Virus record (IMG/VR): IMGVR_UViG_3300031853_000001 | Coordinates: 116,933-180,932 of that record | DNA: 64,000 bases | Origin: a virus | Taxonomy: Duplodnaviria; Caudoviricetes | Strand: one strand, 5' to 3' | In this document: piece after piece, positions 15,717-26,156 of the stretch | How positions within the stretch are numbered: the first letter of the stretch is position 1 | How the letters are laid out: every line of letters starts with the position of its first letter | Program-made: the position numbers and the translations under genes | The notes under the pieces: model-generated | The model's input: only the letters and a program-made list of their open reading frames with translations | What the model was told of the DNA's origin: nothing | Databases searched by the model: none

Positions 15717-16172
15717 ATGCAGCAAATCCTTCAATGGTTGGCGAATCATCCATTAACTGGTTTAATCGTCTTTACTGGTTTAATTCAAATTGTGCCAATC
15801 AAAATAAATCCTTGGTCAGCCCTTTTCAAATGGATTAGTAAAATCATAACTGGAGATGCTTGCTCCAAAATAGACGGTCTTATAGAGAAAGTAAATAAAA
15901 TTGACGGCTTAATTGATAAAGTTGATAAAATTGAAGCCGATGTAAAAACAAATGAAAAAGACCGAATTCGCTGGGAAGTATTAGATTTTGCTAATTCATG
16001 CCGCAATAATCGCAAGCATACAAGAGATGAATATCAGCATATTATCGCTTTAAATGACAAATATAGAGAATTACTAGCTCAAACTGGTGATACAAATGGT
16101 GTATTTGAAGCTGAATATGAATATATTAAAAAACTGTATGCCGAACGATTAGAGAAAAATGATTTTCTATAA
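15717..16172 (+). CDS. membrane-anchored lysis-module protein
   Basis: N-terminal TM with IKINPWS; R..ILDFA...NG motif; adjacent to holin. Confidence 0.6.
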   Translation: MQQILQWLANHPLTGLIVFTGLIQIVPIKINPWSALFKWISKIITGDACSKIDGLIEKVNKIDGLIDKVDKIEADVKTNEKDRIRWEVLDFANSCRNNRKHTRDEYQHIIALNDKYRELLAQTGDTNGVFEAEYEYIKKLYAERLEKNDFL

Positions 16173-16187
16173 GGAAGGTGAATTATT

Positions 16188-16397
16188 ATGATCTTTACTA
16201 AACAATGGCTAAAAGCCGCGGGTGTTCGTGCTATTAAAACTATTGCTCAAACTGCTATTGCTACTATTGGCACAAGTGCTGTTTTAGATGAAGTAAATTG
16301 GGTCATGGTAGCTTCCGCTTCTGCTTTAGCGGGCATTTTAAGCCTTCTAACTAGCGTCGCGGGCTTACCAGAAGTAGAGGAGAAGGAAGAGGCTTAA
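16188..16397 (+). CDS. holin (r1t-type)
   Basis: W.KAAGVRAIKT.AQTA...LLTSVAGLPEV. Confidence 0.85.
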   Translation: MIFTKQWLKAAGVRAIKTIAQTAIATIGTSAVLDEVNWVMVASASALAGILSLLTSVAGLPEVEEKEEA

Positions 16398-16466
16398 TAC
16401 CTCTTCCTTGACTTTTTTTTAATTTTATAGTATAATATTTTTGAAGAATAGAAGGAGGACAATATT

Positions 16467-16988
16467 TTGGAAAGACATAGTAAAGAAAAAGTAATTAATT
16501 TGGAAGTATATACTGATGGTTCTTTAAAGAAAACTGGTATGAAATCAACTTTTGGTGGTTGGGCCTATATTGTAACTCAAGATGGTAAGGAGTTATATTA
16601 TGCGTCTGGGAATGAGCCTAATACTACAAATCAAAGAATGGAATTAATTGCTATTCGTGAAGCTTTAAACTATGTAAAAAATGTCCGCCGTAACTCTGAA
16701 AAAGTTATTATATATAGCGACTCTGCTTATGCTATTAATTGTTATTTACAAGAATGGTATGTAAATTGGCAAGCGAATGGTTGGCGCAATGCTAATAAAA
16801 AAGAAGTTGCTAATCAAGATTTATGGCGAGAAATTATTCCATTCTTTGATAATTTTTGGTATGACTTTAAAAAAGTAGAGGGACATTCAGGAAATTATTG
16901 GAATGAAGAATGCGATAAACTTGCCCAAGATAAAGCAGAGGAGCTAAAGAAAACTTGGCGAGGTAATAAAAATTATGATAACAGATAA
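16467..16988 (+). CDS. rnhA: ribonuclease HI
   Basis: YTDGS, TNQRMEL, SDSAY, NQDLW, GHSG..NEECD. Confidence 0.92.
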   Translation: MERHSKEKVINLEVYTDGSLKKTGMKSTFGGWAYIVTQDGKELYYASGNEPNTTNQRMELIAIREALNYVKNVRRNSEKVIIYSDSAYAINCYLQEWYVNWQANGWRNANKKEVANQDLWREIIPFFDNFWYDFKKVEGHSGNYWNEECDKLAQDKAEELKKTWRGNKNYDNR

Positions 16989-17328
16989 TAGTATTTATGA
17001 AGTAACTCGTAATGAATATAAGGGATTTGTAGAACAAATTAAACCCGAATGTAGACGAGTTGAAGTTGTTGAAATAGATAAGATTCATACCGCAGCAAAA
17101 ATTTTCAGCACTAATACTGGAAAATGTTTATGTAGTAGATTAACTTATACCGCCGATTATGGTACACCAGAGCCAGAAAAATATTATGTGTTTGAAATGC
17201 CAGAAAATTATGAACGCCGAGCTCCGATACCAAAACAACAAGTAGTTTTAGAAACCAAAGAACAAGTTCAAGCTTTCTTTGATTTTTTAACGCAACAAGC
17301 GAAAAAGGAGAATAATAAAGATGATTGA
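16975..17328 (+). CDS. hypothetical protein
   Basis: Coupled ORF in operon. Confidence 0.65.
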   Translation: MITDNSIYEVTRNEYKGFVEQIKPECRRVEVVEIDKIHTAAKIFSTNTGKCLCSRLTYTADYGTPEPEKYYVFEMPENYERRAPIPKQQVVLETKEQVQAFFDFLTQQAKKENNKDD

Positions 17329-17533
17329 GATTTTTGCCAATATTCCAGAAGAAATTCGTAAGCAAACTGAGCTAATCGCAAATTTTATTTTCTCAACTCT
17401 TAAACCAGAAGCTGGTTTAAAATTTATAGAAAGTTATATTGCTTCTTGTGAAAACGAAGAAGAAAAAGAATTTATTCGTTTCTATTTTAATATGAGAATG
17501 GAGCAGTTATTAAATGAAAATAATAATGATTAG
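17321..17533 (+). CDS. hypothetical protein
   Basis: Coupled ORF, RBS AAGGAG. Confidence 0.65.
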   Translation: MIEIFANIPEEIRKQTELIANFIFSTLKPEAGLKFIESYIASCENEEEKEFIRFYFNMRMEQLLNENNND

Positions 17534-18047
17534 TGGTAAAGCAGGTCACGGGAAAGATACTGTCGCTCAAATATTAAAAGAGCAATTAGAAGAGCAAAAT
17601 GAAAAGGTTCTTATTATTAAATTTGGAGATCCTGTAAAATGGTTCGCGCGCGAATATTATGGTTATACTGGAATTAAAGACACAAAAGAACGGGCTTTGC
17701 TCCAATATATTGGAACAGAAATGATGCGTTCTTATGACGAATATTATTGGGGAAGAATTATAAGTGAATTTATCGCGGCAAATAAAGATTTTACTTACGC
17801 ACTAATTCCTGATTGGCGCTTTTATACAGAACGAGAAGCAATTCTTGCCGCGAATAAAAAATGCTATACTTTAAGAATTGAACGTCCTAATTTTATTAAT
17901 CCTAATATGACAGAAGAACAATTGAAACATATTAGTGAAACAGAATTAGATAATTATTATTTTAATTATATTATTTATAATTCTGGTGATTTATCTGACT
18001 TGCGCGAAAACGCAAAATTTGCTCTTGACTATTTCAATAAATTATGA
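17514..18047 (+). CDS. deoxynucleoside monophosphate kinase
   Basis: SGKAGHGKDT, R.LLQ..GTE, DWRF..E, HISE..LD. Confidence 0.85.
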   Translation: MKIIMISGKAGHGKDTVAQILKEQLEEQNEKVLIIKFGDPVKWFAREYYGYTGIKDTKERALLQYIGTEMMRSYDEYYWGRIISEFIAANKDFTYALIPDWRFYTEREAILAANKKCYTLRIERPNFINPNMTEEQLKHISETELDNYYFNYIIYNSGDLSDLRENAKFALDYFNKL

Positions 18048-18074
18048 TATAATAAAAGAAAAAGGAGAAAATAA

Positions 18075-19205
18075 ATGACTGATAACTTATTTGAAATGGA
18101 ACCAATGCGTTATTGGGCTCCTACTTCTTCTATGTCTCCCGAAGTTAAGCGACAGCATTTAGAGCAAATGATTGCTCATGGTGATTATATTTGGAGCCGC
18201 AAGTATGATGGTAATTGGTCACGCGCAGTTATTACCCCTGAACGTAATGCTCTTCAAACTCGCGGTATTAGTAAGAAAACTGGAACATATGGAGAAATTC
18301 AAAATAAAGTTTTCTTTTGGGATAGCGTTGTAAAGGCATTTTCGCGCGAAACAGTTATTCTTGGTGAAGTTTATCTTCCTGGTGGTATAGATAAAGACGT
18401 TGGTTCTATTCTTCGTTGTCTAGATCCAAAGGCTCAAGCTAGACAAAAAGACAAGAAACTAGAATGGAGAGTTTTTGATGTTCTTGTCCTTGATGGTGTT
18501 GATATGATGAATACTCCTGTTGAAGAGCGCATTCGATGTATTCCAGAAGTAGTTCATCGTATTAACAACCCTCTTGTTATAGGAATTGAATACCATTATA
18601 TGGATGAAGATTTTTTTGATGATTTAAATAATATCTTTGCAGAGGGTGGGGAAGGAGCTGTATGTTATCGTCGTTCTTCTATTTATGTTCCTGGTAAACG
18701 AGGCCCATCTGCTTGGGAAACCTGTAAAGTAAAGCAAGAAATTTCCGCAGATATTGACTGTTTTATTACTGGCGTTGAACCTGCTGTGCGTGATTATACT
18801 GGTAAAGATATTCAAACTTGGAACTTCTGGGAAGATGAACGTAGCGGAGAAAAGTTAGTTGGCCAATTATATGGAGATTATAGAACTGGTCGCGCAATTC
18901 GCCCAATTTCTAAAGGCTACTATTATGGATGGCCTGGCGCTATTTATACAAGCGTATATGATAATAATGGTAATATTATTCCACTTTGCAAAGTAGCTGG
19001 TCTTACAGAAGATTTCAAAACGGAACTGCGAGATAATTTTGAAGAGTGGAATATGTGCCCGCTAACAATTGGCGGAATGATGGTTTCAACCGCGCAAGCA
19101 GAAAGTGATGGAACTGGCGTTTCAATTCGTCACCCTTATATAAAGAGTATTAGAAAGAATGATATTGACCCCAAAGATTGCACTTTGACAAAAATTCTTT
19201 CTTAA
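18075..19205 (+). CDS. ATP-dependent DNA ligase
   Basis: KYDG, LGE, FD, EGAV, KVK, RHP motifs. Confidence 0.85.
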   Translation: MTDNLFEMEPMRYWAPTSSMSPEVKRQHLEQMIAHGDYIWSRKYDGNWSRAVITPERNALQTRGISKKTGTYGEIQNKVFFWDSVVKAFSRETVILGEVYLPGGIDKDVGSILRCLDPKAQARQKDKKLEWRVFDVLVLDGVDMMNTPVEERIRCIPEVVHRINNPLVIGIEYHYMDEDFFDDLNNIFAEGGEGAVCYRRSSIYVPGKRGPSAWETCKVKQEISADIDCFITGVEPAVRDYTGKDIQTWNFWEDERSGEKLVGQLYGDYRTGRAIRPISKGYYYGWPGAIYTSVYDNNGNIIPLCKVAGLTEDFKTELRDNFEEWNMCPLTIGGMMVSTAQAESDGTGVSIRHPYIKSIRKNDIDPKDCTLTKILS

Positions 19206-19250
19206 TATAAATAAATCTAAGTCGCGCGAAAACGCGGCGAGGAGGAACAA

Positions 19251-19847
19251 ATGAGCGACCTTGAATTTTTGGGTTTTGCTAATGATGTTAGCACTTTAGA
19301 CCCAATAATGTATCAATATTTTAATCAGCTTTTAAGAAAAAGAACTATTGTTTTAAATGCTGAAATTGATGAAAGTATTTTAGAAACAGTAGTTCTACCT
19401 TTAAAAGACTTTGAACAAGACACAGATGATACCCCAGTTAAGTTAATTTTAAATACTCCAGGCGGTTCAGTAGCTGATGGTTTAATGTTATGTAATATTA
19501 TTGATAATTATAAAAAACCATTAGAAATTATTGTACCATCTTATTCTTGTAGTATGGGAACTATCATTTTATGTTCTGGAAATAAAAATCCTAATGTTAT
19601 CAAGAAAGCATATCCCTTTTCTTTCGCTTTATTCCATAGCGGCCAAACTTATGTCGGCGGCGAATCTACTTCTGTTGAAGATGTTATGAATTTCAATAAG
19701 GGCGTTGATAATAAAATCCGCGATTATATTATTGCTAATACTAATATAACCGAAGAATTATATGATGCCCATCATCGCAAACAGTGGTATATTTCCGCAG
19801 AGGAAATGCTGAAATATGGACTAATAAACGAAATTATTGGGGCGTGA
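19251..19847 (+). CDS. clpP: ClpP-like protease
   Basis: NTPGGSV, CSMG (Ser), FH, A.E...YGLI. Confidence 0.85.
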   Translation: MSDLEFLGFANDVSTLDPIMYQYFNQLLRKRTIVLNAEIDESILETVVLPLKDFEQDTDDTPVKLILNTPGGSVADGLMLCNIIDNYKKPLEIIVPSYSCSMGTIILCSGNKNPNVIKKAYPFSFALFHSGQTYVGGESTSVEDVMNFNKGVDNKIRDYIIANTNITEELYDAHHRKQWYISAEEMLKYGLINEIIGA

Positions 19848-21096
19848 TAATGTGATTAATTTTCTTGACACTTCTGCTATTTTAAATGGGGCAATTAATT
19901 TATATGAAAATATTTATATTAGCCCATTAGCAATCGCAGAATTAGAAAATATTAAAACCTCCATTCATAAAGATGACAATTTAAAATATAAAGCACGGCA
20001 AGCCGTAAGAGATATTCTTGCCAATCCTAAAATTATTGTTCAACCAATTTCTCAAAAATTGGTTGAAAAAATTTTTAAAGAGTATCCTTTTTTAAGTGAT
20101 ATAAACGACCATCATCTACTGTGCGAAGCAGTTGCACTAGATAGAAAAACTGAATCAGTTAATTTTATTACCAGTGACTGTGCGTTATATGAAATGGCTA
20201 AATTTGTAGATTTAACCACAACTACATTTCTTGAAGAAAATGGAATGGAAAAATTCCAAGAAACATTTTATTGTGGTTATGGCAAATATTACCCAACAGA
20301 TGATGAGCTTGTCAAACTTTATTCAGAAGGTTTAAATCAAAATGTATTAAATGCGAAAGTAAATGAATATTGTGAAATTTTTGACCATAATGGCTCTCTA
20401 ACAGATATTTTACGTTGGGATGGCAAATCATACCAACATTTAAAATATATAAATATAGAAAATAAAACATTAGGTATTAGAGTTTCACCGCGAAATTTAA
20501 ATCAGAAAATGATGTTTGATTTATTACAAAATCCTGAAATTCCTATTAAATTAATTACAGGAGTTTATGGTAGCGGCAAAGACTACTGTGCTTTGATTCA
20601 CGCACTTAATTTAATTGAGAAAGGTAAAAAGAATAAATTAGTTTTCGTTAGAAATCTAATTGACTTAAAAGACACCCCACAAATTGGTTTCTTACCAAAT
20701 GATATAGAACAAAAAATTGGTTGGGGCCTTGGGCCAATTAAAGATATTTTAGGCGGCGACCAAGCCCTTGAAATATTTACTTCACAAGACCAAATAGAGG
20801 CAGTAAATTTAGGTTTCTGCCGCGGCCGTAGTTGGGAAAATGCGATAATATATGTAACTGAAGGCCAAAACTTAACAAGCTCTCAAATTAAATTACTTAT
20901 TTCTCGTTTAGGAGAAGGTTCGGAAATTATTATTAACGGAGACTATCACGGTCAAGTTGATAAAGAAATTTTTGAAAAGGATAATGGGATTAAAGCTATG
21001 CAAAATAAATTAGTTGGGCAGTCAATGTTTGGTTGTATTGATTTAATTAAAACAGAGCGTAGTAAAATGGCTGAATTAGCTACGCTATTAGATTAA
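19837..21096 (+). CDS. phoH: PIN + PhoH-family ATPase
   Basis: N-terminal LDTS..ND..TSD PIN; GVYGSGKD, GFLP, RGRS, EGQN, SRLGEGS. Confidence 0.85.
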   Translation: MGRDNVINFLDTSAILNGAINLYENIYISPLAIAELENIKTSIHKDDNLKYKARQAVRDILANPKIIVQPISQKLVEKIFKEYPFLSDINDHHLLCEAVALDRKTESVNFITSDCALYEMAKFVDLTTTTFLEENGMEKFQETFYCGYGKYYPTDDELVKLYSEGLNQNVLNAKVNEYCEIFDHNGSLTDILRWDGKSYQHLKYINIENKTLGIRVSPRNLNQKMMFDLLQNPEIPIKLITGVYGSGKDYCALIHALNLIEKGKKNKLVFVRNLIDLKDTPQIGFLPNDIEQKIGWGLGPIKDILGGDQALEIFTSQDQIEAVNLGFCRGRSWENAIIYVTEGQNLTSSQIKLLISRLGEGSEIIINGDYHGQVDKEIFEKDNGIKAMQNKLVGQSMFGCIDLIKTERSKMAELATLLD

Positions 21097-21173
21097 GAGG
21101 GAGAGAAATCTCCCTCTTTTATTTTTTGACTTTTTTCAGATTTTATGATATAATAAAAAAAAAGGAGTAAAGT

Positions 21174-21476
21174 ATGAACCAATATTTTGAAGAACAAAAG
21201 AGAAAGTTTTGGATTTTATCGGGACTTAACGAAGATAATTTAGTTGAGTTTTGGGCTGACCAAACCTATGATGCATATCAGGATGATGTCGCAGCGATGG
21301 CTGCTTTTGTCACAGTTTTAAATCATAAGTGCTGGTATTGGTATGATAAAGGAAATGAAGAACTTTCTAAAATCTATTCAGACCTTTATTATAAATATAA
21401 CGATTTAGAATGGGATTGGTTAGAAGCCCACGGAACTTCTGAAGAAAAAAGTTGGTATTTTGATACTTTGGATTAA
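21174..21476 (+). CDS. hypothetical protein
   Basis: Own promoter and RBS; LNHKCW. Confidence 0.7.
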   Translation: MNQYFEEQKRKFWILSGLNEDNLVEFWADQTYDAYQDDVAAMAAFVTVLNHKCWYWYDKGNEELSKIYSDLYYKYNDLEWDWLEAHGTSEEKSWYFDTLD

Positions 21477-21488
21477 TGGAGGAGTAAT

Positions 21489-22277
21489 ATGAAAATTTAT
21501 TTAGCAGGTTCAATATTTTATCACGGTGACGCTCTGCGAAACACAGAATGGGCCGCGAAAATTCGTGCGGCGGTTCCCAATGTAGATTTATATAGCCCTA
21601 TTGAAAATACTGAAATTAATGGAGCAGAAGGCAAAAAGAAATTCGCTGGTTCACAAGAAATCGCTAATGGCGATAACATTAGATTAAATAACACTGATAT
21701 TCTTGTTGCTTGTATTGACGGCGATATTCTTCCTGCGGGAACTTGTGCAGAAATTGGTAAGTTCCACGAAAAAATTGAGCGTGGCGACCATAAATATATT
21801 GTAGGTATTTGCACAGATAATCGTCAAATGTATTTAACTCATAGCGAAGCTAAAAATGCAGGTGGTGCCGCCTCACTTGGAGAACAGCAATATAGTTATC
21901 AAAATTTATATGTAACCGGTCTAATTAAGCAAGGCGGTATTTTAGTATCTAATATTGAAGATGCCATAAATTTTATTAAAGAAAAAGAACCTGAATTTAG
22001 TGAACAAAATCCAATTATTTACTTTGATAAAAATAAACTATTAAAAATGACTTCAAGAGTGCAAGCTTATGGTAAACCAATGATTTATTGTAATGATCTC
22101 TATGCTAGTCAAATGCTCAATAGTATTATATACAAAAATGAAGAATACCAAGCAAAAGGCCTCATTGGAAAATTTTATGGCACCCCAGTATATAAAAATA
22201 ATAGCTTATTTGAAAACAATGAACAACCTCAAGCAATGGTAGTACCAATTTTACAGGAGAAGTTTAAAAATGAATAA
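21489..22277 (+). CDS. nucleoside 2-deoxyribosyltransferase-family protein with C-terminal extension
   Basis: KIYLAG, YSP.EN, D..D..GT.AEIG. Confidence 0.8.
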   Translation: MKIYLAGSIFYHGDALRNTEWAAKIRAAVPNVDLYSPIENTEINGAEGKKKFAGSQEIANGDNIRLNNTDILVACIDGDILPAGTCAEIGKFHEKIERGDHKYIVGICTDNRQMYLTHSEAKNAGGAASLGEQQYSYQNLYVTGLIKQGGILVSNIEDAINFIKEKEPEFSEQNPIIYFDKNKLLKMTSRVQAYGKPMIYCNDLYASQMLNSIIYKNEEYQAKGLIGKFYGTPVYKNNSLFENNEQPQAMVVPILQEKFKNE

Positions 22278-22449
22278 ACTTGGCTACTGTCCTTTCTTTT
22301 CATACTGCTCGCATAAAGACGATATATACCATGCATCGTTGCCTTATAAAAAATGTTGCCATTATACTACTTTTATTAATGAAATGTATAAATTATATAA
22401 TATGAAACCAGAAGATTTTTTGAAATATATAGGAGTTAAAAATGAATAG
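22270..22449 (+). CDS. small hypothetical protein (59 aa)
   Basis: RBS CAGGAG; coupled to neighbours. Confidence 0.5.
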   Translation: MNKLGYCPFFSYCSHKDDIYHASLPYKKCCHYTTFINEMYKLYNMKPEDFLKYIGVKNE

Positions 22450-22599
22450 TTTAAAAAAACAAATTTTGAATTTATACCAAAATTGGTTTGAAAAAAACTA
22501 CCCTGTTGATTATGAATCATATAAAGATGCATTAAGAAAAACTAGTGAATTATTGACTAGCATTTATAATTTAACTAAAAATTATGAAGGAGAATAATT

Positions 22600-23874
22600 A
22601 TGAATAATATGTTATATGGTATTAACGATAAACTACCTACAAAGCGACTAATTGTCGCCGCACTACAACAAGTAGTTGCTTGCTTTGTTGCGACAGTTCT
22701 TATCCCGCAAATTTGTGGAGTTCCAATTGCTCCTGCAATGTTAGGCGCGGGTTTAGGCACTCTAATTTATCAACTATTCACTCGCGGCCAAAGCCCTATG
22801 TTTATTAGTTCTTCTGGCGCTTTTGTCGCCGCTGTTATTGGCGCATTAACATTAGGAACAGCTCCTAATTATTCAGCCGTATTTGTTGGTGGTCTAATTA
22901 TTTGTGCAGTTTATTTTATAATTGGTTTAGCGATTAATCATTTTGGAACAGATTGGATAAATAAATTATTACCTCCAGTTGTTATTGGCCCAATTGTAGC
23001 TGTAATTGGTTTAAATCTTGCTACTTTCTTACCAACTTATTTTCAAGTTAATGGTCAATATAGCCTAATTGGTTTTGGACTTGGAATACTTACACTACTA
23101 ATTACTGCTTTAATTTCACATTATGGAAAGGGTTTTATTAAAAATCTTCCATTTTTAATAGCCATTTTAATTGTTTATGTTTTTTCTGCGCTATTAACTG
23201 TTTGTGGTATTCCCATTATAGATTTTTCTGTTTTTAAGAATGTTAAATTAATTCAAATTCCAGATTTTTCATTCTTACATTTTAATGGATGGAATTGGGC
23301 TTGGCTACCACAAATTCTACTTCTATTTCTGCCCCTAAGTTTAGTCACTATCTGTGAACACACATCCGACCATAAAGCCTTAAGTGCTGTTATTGGAACA
23401 GATTTGACGCAAAACCCAGGGCTTGGTTATACTCTAATGGGTGATGGGGCCGCTACTGCTATCGGTTCATTATTCGCGGCAATGCCTAATACCTCCTATG
23501 GGGAAAGCGTAGGCACAACTGGATTTAGCCGTATTTGTTCTAAATATGTTATTGCTCTCGCAGCTGTAATTATGGGTGTTGCAGCCTTTATTGGCCCACT
23601 CCAAGCTTTCTTAATCAGCGTTCCATCTTGTATTTTTGGTGGCTGTGCTGGCGTATTGTATGGTTATATTACTTTAAGTGGTATTCGCACTATTAAAGAT
23701 AATGATATTGATTTAAATAATAATAAAAATATTATTATTCTTGCTGCTGTTCTTACTCTTGGTGTTTCTGGCGCAGTTTGTAATTTTGGTGTAGTAAGTA
23801 TTGGAACAACTGCTCTTGCTATGATTGTAGGTATTGTTCTAAATCTTATCTTAAAGGAGGAGAAGGCAGCATAA
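22600..23874 (+). CDS. uracil/xanthine permease (NCS2, UraA/PyrP-like)
   Basis: Polytopic membrane protein; SSSGAF, PPVVIGP, EH..DH, PNTSYGES.G, YG.I..SG. Confidence 0.9.
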   Translation: MNNMLYGINDKLPTKRLIVAALQQVVACFVATVLIPQICGVPIAPAMLGAGLGTLIYQLFTRGQSPMFISSSGAFVAAVIGALTLGTAPNYSAVFVGGLIICAVYFIIGLAINHFGTDWINKLLPPVVIGPIVAVIGLNLATFLPTYFQVNGQYSLIGFGLGILTLLITALISHYGKGFIKNLPFLIAILIVYVFSALLTVCGIPIIDFSVFKNVKLIQIPDFSFLHFNGWNWAWLPQILLLFLPLSLVTICEHTSDHKALSAVIGTDLTQNPGLGYTLMGDGAATAIGSLFAAMPNTSYGESVGTTGFSRICSKYVIALAAVIMGVAAFIGPLQAFLISVPSCIFGGCAGVLYGYITLSGIRTIKDNDIDLNNNKNIIILAAVLTLGVSGAVCNFGVVSIGTTALAMIVGIVLNLILKEEKAA

Positions 23875-23892
23875 ACTGCCTTCTTCAAAATT

Positions 23893-24192
23893 ATGAGTTG
23901 TATAGGATGTAAAAATTTTTACTACCGTAGTGATGGTAGCGGCTGCTGTGATATGCCTTATAAAGACGCTTGCTTAAACAATAATTTTCAATTTTATCAA
24001 TTGCCAATTTGTGAAGGAGATTCTGGTTTTTCTAGTAAAGAAGCCGCAGAAAGATATTTTAGACAAAAATTTCTTTGTGGTTTACGAGCCAAAGCTTCAT
24101 TTCTTGATGATTATTTAGTAGAAGATAAAAATAGTTTAGATATATTTTTACGCGAAAATTTAGAAGGAACTCCACCACCACCTTTATTTTGA
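23893..24192 (+). CDS. hypothetical Cys-rich protein
   Basis: 99-aa ORF. Confidence 0.5.
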   Translation: MSCIGCKNFYYRSDGSGCCDMPYKDACLNNNFQFYQLPICEGDSGFSSKEAAERYFRQKFLCGLRAKASFLDDYLVEDKNSLDIFLRENLEGTPPPPLF

Positions 24193-24237
24193 CTTTTTAT
24201 TTAATTTATTATATAATAAATATATAAAGGAGGAAAT

Positions 24238-24381
24238 ATGATTTGTGAACAATGTCCTTTTGGTGAATTAGTTCAAGTAGATTCTTTTATTTGGATGATT
24301 AAATGCACTATTGAGGATACACTAATGGCTCGAGAAGATGAATGTTTTTTCCCTGAAACAATTCAGGAGAAAGGAGTTTAA
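24238..24381 (+). CDS. small Cys-rich protein (47 aa)
   Basis: Promoter at ~24189, RBS AAGGAGG. Confidence 0.55.
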   Translation: MICEQCPFGELVQVDSFIWMIKCTIEDTLMAREDECFFPETIQEKGV

Positions 24382-24566
24382 TTTGAATCAATGGCACGAA
24401 TATTCTTATTTAGCTAAAACTTGTGGTAATACACATTGCAAATATTTTACAATAAACGGATGTATACACCCTAATGTAAAAGCTTGTAAAAGTGCTAGTT
24501 TATATTGGCCTTGGCAATTAGATTATGATAATATGAAAATTTTAATTAAGAAAAGGAATGAGATAA

Positions 24567-24779
24567 ATGAAATATAAATTAGCAATTGATTATGAATATA
24601 TACGAGATGTGCAAGAAGAATATGATGAATTAATTGAAGATGGTTATTTACCTGATGAAGCAAAACGACAAATTGAATCTAATTTAAAAGAATTAGCTTA
24701 TAAAATTAGTGGCCGTGCAGATAATACTTTTTGGGGCGGATACACCGAAGTTATTAATGTGGAGGAAATTGATGAATGA
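24567..24779 (+). CDS. hypothetical protein
   Basis: Coupled ORF. Confidence 0.6.
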   Translation: MKYKLAIDYEYIRDVQEEYDELIEDGYLPDEAKRQIESNLKELAYKISGRADNTFWGGYTEVINVEEIDE

Positions 24780-25000
24780 AACTTAATATAAATAACCATC
24801 AAAGTGTAAAAATGTTTAAACATACTTGTATGCGTGGATTGTTTCATCATAAAAGACGAGTAAGAAAGAAGAATTACGCTCGCGCGCATCGAAATCTTGA
24901 AATGTGGATGGGCGCTAAAAATAGAAAAATTAATCTTATTCGCGCGAAAAAATTAACTGGATGGAGAGAACCAGAATGGTATTTAGTTAGAGGCTATTAA
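24776..25000 (+). CDS. small basic protein
   Basis: ATGA overlap, RBS GGAGG. Confidence 0.6.
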   Translation: MKLNINNHQSVKMFKHTCMRGLFHHKRRVRKKNYARAHRNLEMWMGAKNRKINLIRAKKLTGWREPEWYLVRGY

Positions 25001-25122
25001 TTTTTATTAGTATAATAAAATGATAGAAATTAAATTAGAAATATTACTTATCTATTGGTAAGAATATTTCTTTTTACTTAAAGATGTGCTAAATATGTCC
25101 GCACATTTCAAGGAGGATAATT

Positions 25123-25317
25123 ATGATACAAGAAATCATTAATAAGTATAAACAGTATCAAATGGATAATAGATTAACTCAGCAACAAGCAGCTGATAAA
25201 GTTCATATTAGCAGAACTCATTTATCAAGAATTTTTAGTGGTGAAAGAACTCCATCTATGACATTACTTAACCGTATGGAAGAAGTAATGAAAACTGGAA
25301 GCAGTAGTAAATATTAA
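25123..25317 (+). CDS. XRE-family HTH regulator
   Basis: LTQQQAA..ISRTHLSRIFSG.RTPS. Confidence 0.85.
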   Translation: MIQEIINKYKQYQMDNRLTQQQAADKVHISRTHLSRIFSGERTPSMTLLNRMEEVMKTGSSSKY

Positions 25318-25330
25318 TCAAATTAACAAA

Positions 25331-25540
25331 ATGACAAAGAGGTATTCAGGTATGACAGATAAAAATATTTATCGAGTATATACTCGTTGGTTAGCTTATG
25401 AGCTAAGAAAATTAGGATTTAAAATAGTTGGAACAGATATAAATGAATATCATCCAGAGTATACTGTATGGCTTTTTGAAAATAGTCAAAAATTACAACA
25501 AGCAATTCCTAATTTAACTAAGCAGCATAAGCATAGTTAA
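25331..25540 (+). CDS. DUF5659-like small protein
   Basis: LAYELRKLGF...N...P...VWLFENS. Confidence 0.55.
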   Translation: MTKRYSGMTDKNIYRVYTRWLAYELRKLGFKIVGTDINEYHPEYTVWLFENSQKLQQAIPNLTKQHKHS

Positions 25541-25554
25541 GGAGGAAATCCAAG

Positions 25555-25890
25555 ATGGCAAATACTACAAACGCTCCCGCTTTATATATAAGCGGGCAAA
25601 AATGGAAACAACAAAATGAACAGCGTATAAGTGTCGCTGATAGATTATTAGTAGCAATAGGTAATAAAAAAGGATTAACCGCAAATGATAGATTATTACT
25701 TATAGTTCTTATTGGACAAACTGATGACCCAACTCGTCCATTTCATCCTTCCGAAAAATGGATAAGAGATAGAACTGGAATGTCACACGATACATATATA
25801 GAGCGACGTAAATCTCTCGCGGCAAAAGGTATAATTGATTTTAAAGAATACGAATCTATTACTATTAATTTAGAATCTTTAGAAAATTAG
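25555..25890 (+). CDS. winged-HTH protein (initiator-like N-terminal domain)
   Basis: PS..WI..RTGMS..T.....KSL..KGII; directly followed by iteron-like repeats. Confidence 0.55.
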   Translation: MANTTNAPALYISGQKWKQQNEQRISVADRLLVAIGNKKGLTANDRLLLIVLIGQTDDPTRPFHPSEKWIRDRTGMSHDTYIERRKSLAAKGIIDFKEYESITINLESLEN

Positions 25891-26156
25891 TCGGAAATTC
25901 CTACTTATTAACAAGTCGGAAAATCGTTCTATATTTTAGGTAGGAAATTTCGTGGCAATAAGTCGGAAATTCCTACTTATTATTAAGTAGGAAAATTCTA
26001 CCTATCAAAAGTCCGAAAATCCTACCCATAACATAATAAGAACATAATATATAAAACATAATAATAACACAAAAATAAAAATTACGACAGGTAGGAATTT
26101 CCGACCCTCTTACATTTACTGCTGTGCCCGTTGGGCTTCGCAGTAAATGTAAGAGC
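25890..26156. repeat. iteron-like repeat array, AT-rich ACATAAT repeats and long hairpin: putative replication origin
   Basis: About six ~24-bp-spaced GT(C/A)GGAAAtTCCTAC repeats, one inverted copy (~26090-26105), hairpin CTCTTACATTTACTGC..GCAGTAAATGTAAGAG. Confidence 0.6.

Noticed and set aside
22000-22277. Capsid-like GLIGKFYGTPV motif in the deoxyribosyltransferase extension
   Set aside because: The similarity is too short to support without a profile search
25890-26110. CRISPR array
   Set aside because: Repeats are degenerate with ~24-bp period, have no spacer-length unique sequence, and no cas genes are present
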